Origin: Euglena gracilis
Lineage: Eukaryota
Direction: 5' to 3'
DNA length: 64,000 nucleotides
Assembly (NCBI GenBank): GCA_039621445.1
Contig: CP154954.1
Span: forward strand, 7,814,634 to 7,878,633
Part shown: piece after piece, positions 46,412 to 64,000 of the stretch
How the letters are laid out: each line of letters starts with the position of its first letter
Numbering within the stretch: the stretch's first letter is position 1
Notes under the pieces: generated by a model
What the model saw: the letters and a program-made list of their open reading frames with translations, nothing else
Told to the model about the DNA's origin: nothing
Databases searched by the model: none
Position numbers and translations under genes: made by a program

Positions 46412-49400
46412 ATGCACCAGACCTGGCGTCCAGCAGCCCAGTGGAGCAGAAAAGAACCCCAGGGAAGACAGCAGAAGCTGGAGAAGAGGGAGTTCCAGCA
46501 GGCGCCGGAGCAACCAACATGGAACCAAGCTGTCGAGCTGCAGCACAAGGAGTTTCAAGGAAGAAACTGGAAGTGGACAAGAGTGGAGGAGCAGCAGAAG
46601 CTGGAGACGACGACGGGGCAGGAGCACAACACCAGTCCGTGGCCGTCGCAACCCCCACATCTTCCATTTTCCCAAAAAATTTTCAATTCCAATCATTCAA
46701 CGACGGCCATGGACCCTGGACATTGGTGGCCAGAAAGTCGAGGAGACAAAGACAACAACAGCCCACAGCCCAGAGGGCAAGAAATGGGGAGACAGGTCGA
46801 GAAGACTACCCCCCCGGTTTCCCATCACCACCCCCCTCTCAGGGGGAACATTCCAAAGAAAGCATTACATCAAGGGCATGGCGACCCTTTTCAACAAGGC
46901 TATGGCAGCCATCATTATCAAGGGCATGGAGCCCAACTGCAAGGCTATGGAAGCCAGAAGCAAAGGCTGAAAGGCCCCAGGGGAAAGGTATGTCCAACTT
47001 ACCCCACAGCTGCCTTAAACATAAACCCTTCAGGGACTGCCAATCAATGCAGCAAACAGCCCCCCCATCGGGGACAGAAGGCCAATGGAGGCCAACGTAT
47101 TCAAAATCAAGAGGCCAATGGAGGCCATTTTATTCAGAGTCAAAGAGCTGCCCATTCAAGCAAGCAGCCCCCCTTTCAGGGGCAGGCCAATGGAGGCCAT
47201 TATATCCAAGAGGCCAATGGAGGCCAGAGGGAAAATATCAAGGCCAATGGAGGCCATTTCAATCAAAATCAGGTGGCCATGGGAGGCCAATGCATTCAAG
47301 ACCACAGCCCTTGGGGGGGAGGCCCAAGATTGGCTACACCAGGGCCCCCCCAGAAGATAATCAGCCCACACCCCCCAGCTGTATATGTACCTCCCCACTG
47401 CAGAAACAGACCTTCCCCCATCTTTCAAAAACAGGGGGAAAGCCTGTCTTTGAGCAGCCCTATGGCAGGGCCAGAGGTGACCCCAGTGATGGGGCAGCCA
47501 GAGAGGACCCCAGTGATGGGGCAGCCCGGGGGAAGGACCCCAGTGATGGGGCCTGTGGAATCCCTAGACACATTACATCCAGGGGTGCCCCCTTACAAAG
47601 CCCTGCAGGCCAGTATCCCCCATTGGGAAAAGGCAGGTGCCAGCAGAGAGGTATTAAACCTGATAAGGGAAGGGGTCAGGGCAGATCTTCCCCTCCCCCC
47701 TCTAATGTCCTTAAAAGTTCCCTTCAAAGCCCCCCAGGAAGTAATGACTGCCCAAAAAATTCTGAGAGAATACGAATGTGCAGGGGCAACCAGGCAAATC
47801 CCCCCAGAGGAGGCAAAACATTTTGTCCCTTACTTCATAATTTCCAAAAAAGAAGGGGAAAAGACCAAGGAAAGACTAATTTCAGATTGTCGACAGTTAA
47901 ATCACTATTTCACCCCCCAGAAGTTCAGACTGGAACACATGGGAAACATTTTCCCATACCTCAGAAAGGGTTGGTTCTGTGGAAAAATAGATCTGAAAGA
48001 TGCTTATTTCCATTTAAAGCTGCACAGCAGCCTGGAAAAGCATGTCTGCATGCAAGTGGGGGGGGAAACGTGGCAATTTCAAGCTGCATGCTTTGGGTTA
48101 AGCAGCCTGCCACAAAAGTTTATGACTCTCATGAGAGTCTGGGAAAGGAAATGGAGGAAGGAAGGAAAGGTAGTTTTCATCTACCTAGACGACATTTTGC
48201 TGTTAGCCCCCAGCAAAAAGACAGCAGCCCAGCATTTGGCAGAAAAGAAAAAAGATCTTTTACTGGCAGGTTTCAGAATAAACCTCCCCAAATCATGTCT
48301 GGAACCAACACAAGAAATAAAGCATTTGGGCCAGTGGATCAATTTGAAAAAAGGCCAGCTGGAAATTCCACAGGAAAAATTAAAATCCCTAAGAAAGGAA
48401 TTAGGAAAGGTGCTGACAGCACAAAAGATGAGCTGCAGAAAACTCAGCTCTATTGTAGGGCAAGTCAGAAGCTATTTAGTTTCAATGCCTTTTCTCAGAA
48501 TTCTGACAGATCAACTTTGCAAAATGGTAGATTTGCACACAAAGTGGGGTTGGGACCACACCCTGACCATTCCCCAGGGGGTCAAAGATCAAATTGTGGA
48601 GTTAAAAACGTTTTTGCAGCCAGGTGTGGGCAGAGCCTTTCAATCCCAGGCCTCTCAGGAACTGTTCTCAGACAGCAGCACCTGGCAATGGGGGGGGGCT
48701 GGACAAAAAGTCTGGTCAAAAGGTCCAGGATTTCTGGAGGGACCTGCATGTCCTTCACATCAATCAAAAAGAATTGATGTCTGCGGTGGAAACTGTAAAG
48801 GCTTTGGCAAAACCAAAACAAACCATTGTTCTTCATGTGGACAGCCAGGTGGCAGTCAGTTATTTGACAAAATGGGGAGGCAAAAAGCCATATTTAAATT
48901 CCATCCTAAAACCCCTTCTGTACCATTGCCAAGAAAGGCAAATCAACTTGCAGGTGGTTTGGGTTCCCACAAAAGAACAATTGGCAGACTCCCTGACCAG
49001 GGAGCAAAAAGATCCAGGGGATTATACCCTGAATCTGACCATTTTTCACCAGATTCTGAAGTTTTTCAAAAACCACATCACCCCAGAGGTGGACATGTTT
49101 TGCACCCCCAGCAACAAAAAATTCCCCAAGTTCATTTGTCGATACCCCCACCAAGGGGCTTTGTTGGTGGATGCTCTGAAGGCAGATTTAAGGGGTCTCC
49201 CCCCAGTTTATGCCAACCCTCCCTGGAGCATCATTCCCCAATGGGTTCAGAGATTAATGTTAAACCCAGACCTAATTTGTCTGTTGATTGTACCCCACTG
49301 GGCTTCGACATCATGGTGGCGCCAATTAATGTCAATCAGGCAGCCAGGCAGCAAGGTTTTGCTAGTACCCCCCCAGTGGGGTCTGTTCACCAACTGCTGG

Positions 49401-49505
49401 GGGGAGGAGATGCCCCCCCCAAGGTGGAATTTGGCCTGCTTGATTGTGTCAGGCAAATATTACAATCCCAGGAAGTTTCGATGTCCAGTATCGACACTTA
49501 CATAA
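46412..49505 (+). CDS. DIRS A3 RT - RNase H - Dam-like methyltransferase (one frameshift at the G run, about 48690)
   Basis: IDLKDAYFH, FGLSSLP, YLDD, SDSS, HINQKEL, DSQVA, LADSLTR, DMFC, YANPPW. Confidence 0.92.
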
Positions 49506-50645
49506 AAAATCTGGGAAATGTCAAAAGATATGACTCAGCCTTCAGGGCATTGGTGGGTCAATTATTGCACAAAGGGGTGCCTCTGCAGCAGTGCACAGTC
49601 CCCAAGATGGCTGAAGCCATCCTTGATCTTGCTGTTCATAGCATCAATACTGCACGAAATGCATATGCAGCAGCCTTACTACTCCCAGGGTTTGGGTCTT
49701 TGAGATTTTCACCCCTTCTGGCTCCATTGAAAAGGAAGTGGAATGCCAATGTCTGCAAGTATGCCCACTTTTGGGACCCCACTGATTTCCTAGAAAACAT
49801 CATGAGGAATTCCACACCCCTCTCAGACCTATCTGTGAAAGAGCTCAGAAACAGACTCATCATCTGTTGGAGGCTTTTGGCCCTCCACAGGGGGGTTGAT
49901 TTAGCCAGGACACAGCGAAAAATCAGTTTCGTGGGAGAAAAAATTTTCATTTTATTGCAAAGGAAAGGGTGGCAATTCCCAAAATGGGAAGAGATTTTGA
50001 ATTTGCCACACACCCCCCTCATAAGCCCATGGCATTTATTGAAAGAGTATGTGGAAAGGACAGCCCACATGGTTGGGCACAAAAATAATTTGTTATGGTC
50101 TTTGGATGGTAAAAGACCTTTGACATCAGAAAGGGTGAATTCCCTAACCAAAGAAATTCTGCAGGAGGGGGGGTGGACACCACCCACTGGAAACCCCACA
50201 GCACCAGAGGGGCTGGGGTCTTATGGTGGAAAAATGCTGGTTTGCAAGTGGAAGAAGTCCAGCAGCTGGGTCAGTGGAAAAATTTTGGTGCCTTCCAAGC
50301 TCATTATTTGAGGCTGGGAGTCGTGTCAAAAATTCAAAATATTATGGCCCAAAGGGGGGTGCACAGTACCTCACCATCTCGCAGTGCGGAGCCCGAATGG
50401 TCTCGGACTCCCACGACACAGGAAGGGGGAGGAAGGGACCAAGAGGGCGAAGCACAAGAAGATGGTGAGCCCAACCCTCCCACCCCAAAAATCAGCAGAA
50501 AAAGAAAACCATCCCCACCGAGGGGGGGGCCCCCCACCAAGCGACCATGGGAGAGGGGGGGGGGGCGGGGCCACGACGGTTCAGCTTCGCCAAGGTGTCG
50601 GAGGAGGCCACCTCATCGCCAACTCCGGCAACAAAGGCGCAGTAA
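49400..50645 (+). CDS. DIRS A3 tyrosine recombinase domain (C-terminal part of the long overlapping frame starting about 46330)
   Basis: R (LHRGVDL), HSTR, GQW, HY catalytic pattern; frame continues through the ICR. Confidence 0.9.
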
Positions 50646-52926
50646 GAAGCACCCCCCGCGCACGCACAAACACACCACAACAGAACAGCCGGCAAGGAAA
50701 GCAGGACCTCACCATCTTCTTGTGCTTCGCCCTCTTGGTCCCTTCCTCCCCCTTCCTGTGTCGTGGGAGTCCGATATCTCTGCATCAAATTTTTTTCAAC
50801 AAAAAGCCCCACCCAGGGACGGCCACGGACTGTGGACCACGGTGGTCAAAAAGACCAGAAGGAGGAAGTAGCCCCCGTCCCAATACGGGCAGGAACACCT
50901 GGCATTGGGGGCTGGCCGGACCCACCCACCCCACCCTCCCCTCCGGGTCCCGACTAAAAAAAACCCCTGGAAGGATGCCCCCTTCAAAATTTTGGCCTCT
51001 CAAAAATTTTGGGGAAAAATTCGACCTGCTCCAGTGGCCAATGTTTCTGAACAACCATCGCTGGGACGCTGGACGGCCGCGGAACTTGGAACGCAAACAA
51101 ATCGCCGGAGGAGAGCTGGCGGTTCCCGCAAGTGCGCAAAGGGGAGGGCGTACGATGCGACGCGGCAGGCACATCGCCCCTGCAGCCATGCCGGGAGCGA
51201 ATGACTCATCTGCACCAGAGGCGCAGCGACCCCGCCAGGCTCCGCCCTCGCGGTGGTCTGCCGCGCACGCCCCGCACCACCCAAACCCTGATAACCCTAA
51301 CCCAACCCGCTCCACGTCCACACGTGATACAAGAGACTCTGTGCAGCATGTGTGGATGTGCACACGTGCATCCAGCTTTCCGTGAAAATGCGACGCATGC
51401 CGGATGTGACAAATTCAACACCGTTGCCAAACAGCACAAACATTTTTTGGATGTCAAATCCATGATCGATTCCCACTGCTTTCACCCCGATGCCCTCGTG
51501 TCATCGAAACAAAAATTGCTAGAAAGCAAAGATCGAACATTCACGGAAAAACAACCACACTAAAAATCCCCTGGCGCTTCGGTCTCGCGCAATTAAAAAA
51601 ATAAAATTTTGGAAATCAAAATGCTATGCATTCAAGACCGAAGCCTGCCACATACAGAGGAAAATACAACGAGGGGAAGGGAAGCAAAACTGTTTGTCTC
51701 AGGAGCTGTCTGTTGAACGATCGGACACGACGCCGCCGCCTGCCTGACAAACACACAACCGCGATGTTATCATTTGTGGAAGGCATCAGGTCTCTGGATC
51801 AAGAGTGAAAAAAACAGAGCCCAAGTACGGCGGGGAGGGTTGTTGAAACAAATTCGGGCAGGCAGCGGCGTCGCCCGCCTCCTGGAAATTCAGGGCCGGC
51901 CGGCCAGGGCCCGAAGCACAGTTTGCGTAACGGTCCGCGCGCCAGGCCGACCCGACCCCCTGACTGAGGGCGGGGGGCCCAGACGAGACGGCACCTCTTC
52001 TGCAATTCATGAAAACCAAATGAAATTTTTGTTTTTTTTGGAATGCCGGAATGAAGTGCCCGAGGACATGAAACCAAAATGCCTCCAGTGTCCAAAGAAA
52101 GCAGAAGGCAAAAAAAGGCAAGGTCCGAAGAAGGAAATGTTCATTGGACGGGGGGTGTTTAAAAAAATAACCGAAACCCCACTCGCAATGACAAAAATTG
52201 CGGTCCAAACCAGCCTGGTTCGTTTGACACGTGGGGGGGAGGGTGGCTTCGACGACACCGATGATTGTCTGCCAGGGGCTTTCCAGCAGGAAAGGTCTCC
52301 ATAATACGGCCCCATTGGGGACTCCACCCCACAAAGCCTCCAAAGGGGGCTGCACCTTCCCTTCATGAAACCAGAAAAAGTCGGACTGGAGACATGGGAC
52401 ACATGCGACAACATCGATGCGAAGAATGAGCGGCCGATGGAATGGTGCGGCGATGGGGAGGGACTTCGGCCGCATAAAGGGGGAGGGGGGCAAGGGCTGA
52501 AAAGGGACCACCCACCCATCCACCCACACACCGAGGAAGATTGTATCCAATATGCACAAAAATTACCCACAACCTCCAAAACGTCACTTATTTTTCTGGA
52601 CCCCGTATGTATGCGTGACTGGCACAGTGGCTATGTTTTGCCCATCGTCCATGTTCTGCAGGTGTTGCGTGCGTGTATACGCGTGCATGCGTGCGCGCGC
52701 GTGTGTGCATGTGTGCGGGTGTAGGTGTGGGTGTGGGTGTGGGTGGGTGTGGGTGGGTGGGTGTGAGGGTGTGTGCACGTGCGTGTGTGCCTGTGCGCAT
52801 ACCCAAATGCACATACATGTGTCCAGGCCAGAGGACCAGAACCCGGATGCCAGTCCATCCGGCCCTTCACAGGGCGATGCGATGGCATCGATTCGGCGAA
52901 GCGGGCCACCCTGGGGGGCGGGCCGC

Positions 52927-60572
<7,646 letters not shown>

Positions 60573-60771
60573 CTGCGGGAGGGGGAGAGATGGCGCAAAG
60601 GGCACCCCGCTGTTGACGATGCCGAGAGGCCGTGTCAGGGCTGTACAGGAAGGCCTGGGGGGGGGTCGACCCCCCCCCACCACAGCACCCCAAAGTGCCT
60701 TTGGCGCCGAAAGAAACACTCAACATAAAAATTGGCGCCCCCGGCAATATGGAAAAGACGGGGGTCGACAC

Positions 60772-62130
60772 CAGGCACCTATGGTCACTTCCCATTTTGG
60801 TGCTCTGGTCGGCCCTGGTCGGCCCTGGTCGGCAAATAGTCGGCCATAGGTGGGGGTATCCGCCACAGAAAAAATGTGAAGGGGTGCAATGATTTTCTGA
60901 ATTGTCTCGCCAAGATCAAAAAGAAGTGCCCCATAAGACCTCCATTGGCAAGCACCTTCGGTCACCCACCCCTTTGGGCCGCGCATCGCCCTGCATTGCC
61001 CTGCATCACCCTAGAGCCATCCAATAATACCCTATAACCGAAGACCAAAATTCAGGCACACAAATACAGCAGGGGCACTGGAAGGGTACTGCAAACACGA
61101 CCGACCACCTCACCCTCCAGCACCCGCAGCTCCTCCAGCCGGTCCCACCGCTGCCTCTCCAGCAGCAGCAACCACTGCCAGTCCTGCTTCTCCCGACCAC
61201 GCAGCTTCCTCCACTGAAAGAGAGGCTAGTCAGCAAAAACCTTTGGGCGTCATACTTCGCGGGGGTCCCGCTTCTTGGCCTCCAGCCAACCTTCCTCGAC
61301 ATCCAACTCGCGACTTTGTGTATTAAATTCGCGGCTCGTTGGATGCCAATCCTTCCAAAGGCGCAGTATGCGCACCCTACACATGCGCACATGCGCATTC
61401 TCGGATTCACATGCCCTACAAGCATCCACGGATGCACATGATCATGCACATGCCTACAACCGCAACTACAGTCGCCCGTTTATCCCACAACTTAGGATTC
61501 CCCCCATAACCTCTCTCTCCCACCAAAGCATCCACTCCAGGGAGTCACTCAGGGAAGGCCAGACGAGCCAGGGAGGAACATAGTCGACTCAGGTACGAAG
61601 CAAGCACCAATGTGGAGTCTGTACGCAGGTATGCAGCACGGGCACGATACCTTCGGCTCCAGGGGAGTCACACACCTCCCGGAGGGGGACAGAGAGGTCC
61701 AGCACGGCAGCAGAGGCAGAGGCATGGGCAGACATGAAGGGCATGCTGGAGTGGTCTGCGGGGGAGGGAGGGTGTACCCAGCAGTATAGGCCCAAATATG
61801 GACCCCACTTCAGCCATCCAAAAAAAAAGCATCGCCCAGCATCGGAACCCCACCTCTGTCTCCAAAAATCCAGCATCACCCAGCATCGCCCTGCATCGCC
61901 CAGCATCATCAGAGGTGCTTGTTCCAGAGGGAAAAGCTGCCGAATTCCTTCATCTATTCCCCTTCGGTCGGCCAACCACATGCAAGTCGGCCCTGGTCGG
62001 CCCTGGTCGGCCATGGTCGGCCCTGGTCGGCCCTGGTCGGAACCCCCACCTACGGGGGTCCTGAAAACCATAGTCGGCCCTGGTCGGCCCTGGTCGGCCC
62101 TGGTCGGCCCTGGTCGGCCATAGGTGCCTG
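60772..62130. mobile_element. Non-autonomous hAT-type DNA transposon (1.36 kb)
   Basis: 13-bp TIR CAGGCACCTATGG / CCATAGGTGCCTG; perfect 8-bp TSD GTCGACAC (60764-60771, 62131-62138); subterminal 10-bp repeats GGTCGGCCCT and GCATCGCCC. Confidence 0.88.
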
Positions 62131-64000
62131 GTCGACACCCCCCCCCGGAACCCACTCCATGCGCAGCAACGCTGCCTGGCGTCATGGGGGGGTCAATATC
62201 CCCTTTCAACAAAACCTGTTCCTCCACTTAATTCCCACCCTGAGGGGAGGGCACAGGAAGGCCTGGTGAGGTGGAGGTCCTGCCTGGGGGGTGCTGACCC
62301 CTGAGTTCAAAAATAAAGCCGTTTGGGGTGGTCAGATCCCGCTGTCCAAGAAGACAGGGGTGGGGGGTTGGACCCCCCTCTGGTCCCCACGGGGGGACCC
62401 CCCTACCTATATAATGCGCATCTGGGTGACTGCTTTTCGGCCCGGCATTTTCGGCCTGGCGAGAAGAGCCAAACCCAAAAAGAAAAAGCGGGCCAACGGT
62501 GCCATTTTGTGCAATTTTGGGCGAAAATTTGTTTAAAATTCAAAAAAAAATTTCGACACACCAGAAGGAAAAAAACTGACCTGTTTGGATGTTCCCAGGT
62601 ACCCCGGGATTGGTCCAGACCCCCCTTGCCCAGTTGGGGGGGGGGGGGGAGGTCCAGATCCCCTCCAGCCTTGGAGGGGGGTGGGTTCCTGACATCAAAC
62701 CCTGGTCGATCCTCCCCCGCCCTGTCCAGGACACAGCAGCATTTCACAAATGCGTCGTTGACACCCAGGGCAGGAAAAGCCACAAAAAAAAACGACTGGC
62801 AGAGCCGCAGCACACCGTCGCAAGCATCCCCTAAACCGTTGTTGTTTGCGTCGGGGGCGGGCCTCCCGCCCATCGACGTGGTTCAGGGGGGACCCTTATC
62901 CGCCCCTCCCCCCCGCCCCCCCCCCCATCAACCGGGTTCCTACAAGCCCTGACTGGGGGGGGGGGGTCTCACGCACCCCCCGACCCGCAACCCCCGACTG
63001 GTTGGTCAGTATTTCGGGTCGTTGGTGGGCAGGTATTTTCAAAATATGCGATGCCAAAAAACCAAAAAAAATCAAACAATGACGATAAAATCCAAAATAA
63101 GGAAAAAAACCAACAAAAAAACCTGCAAAACAGCACAGATTCCACCAAATTGATTGAAAAATGCAAAAAAAGACAGCACAACATTTCCGTTGAGGATAAC
63201 GTGCAGACCCAAACCCATTGGCCATGCTTTGTCTTCAATTACGCATCGGCTTGGCTCGGGGCCCTGGGGTTACTCCCATGCTATGGCCAGCCACGTGACT
63301 GCCCTTCGGCTGCTGATGGCGCTTCAACAATAAGTTCCTGTTCCCGGCATCCTGAACACTTAATACAGCGTTACAGTGTACTGTTACTTAGACAACACCC
63401 GCAATTCTTTGAACAGCAGAGGGGGAGGCCCGGCCAGCCTGGGTTGGGTTGGGCACCGTGGGGCAGTTGTCGCATTCGTCCCCGACGCCATCCTTGTCCA
63501 CGTCGGGCGCGGGGCTGTCCGCTGGGGTTTCCGAGGTGCATCTGCGTACCTGGAATCCTCATTTTTTCCGGGCGGGGAATGCATTGTGTTGAATGGCGGG
63601 GAATGCATTGTGTTGAATCTGCTGTTGCATGTGCATGACTGCGACCGTGTCCAATACGCCGATGTCAGCGTGTGACCATTTGCGCACCCTGCACAACAGC
63701 AGACATTTGCATTTGTCTGCAGTAACTCAGGAGGAAGCAGATTCTCAAAGTATATATACACACACATATATATATATATACATACACATATATACATATA
63801 TATGTATGTTTATATGTATGCATACATATGTATATATATGCATGTATACGTATATATATACATATACATACATATTTGTTGAAATACGTGTTTGTGTTAT
63901 ATCCTCTGATTCGACGAGTAAATTATGTTGCTGAGCTGTCATCAATTATCCGCCACGCCTTTGCTGCTGGCTTTGCTGTGACAAACCGCTGGGAAGTGTC

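Larger units (their letters stand above)
46134..50774 (+). mobile_element. Near-intact DIRS element A3 (about 4.64 kb)
   Basis: Left ITR 46134-46256; ICR 50370-50469 complementary to both termini; right ITR plus extension to 50773; long overlapping ORFs broken mainly at G homopolymers (about 48690 and 50170). Confidence 0.96.

Noticed and set aside
51283-51308. Telomere-like AACCCT repeats
   Set aside because: Only about 3 degenerate units; too short to call.
51600-52620. Short ORFs with Cys pairs (e.g. 51774..52304)
   Set aside because: No family motif or element boundaries recognised.

Overview
Eukaryotic, repeat-dominated window; the intron style of the one host gene points to a euglenid (inference). 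1-8 kb is non-coding DNA with nested hAT-type MITEs. 8.1-40.0 kb is one nest of eight retroelements. A DIRS element (B0) holds a second DIRS (A1), which holds a 12.8 kb Ty3/Gypsy chromovirus, which holds a solo LTR. B0 also holds a 5'-truncated CRE-like non-LTR element, which holds DIRS B2, which holds DIRS B1 and A2. The Gypsy Pol begins with two DNA methyltransferase domains in tandem (C5-cytosine type, then Dam-like NPPW type) ahead of protease-RT-RNase H-integrase-chromodomain. Pol appears to be expressed by UAG read-through next to a predicted pseudoknot. 42-51 kb holds two more DIRS elements, one nearly intact, and a mini-DIRS. 52.9-60.6 kb (minus strand) is a host gene of at least 10 exons encoding a bacterial-type choice-of-anchor A-like membrane protein, with both GT-AG and non-conventional base-paired introns. 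All calls come from manual reading and motif recognition; no searches were run. Family labels A/B/C are my own.
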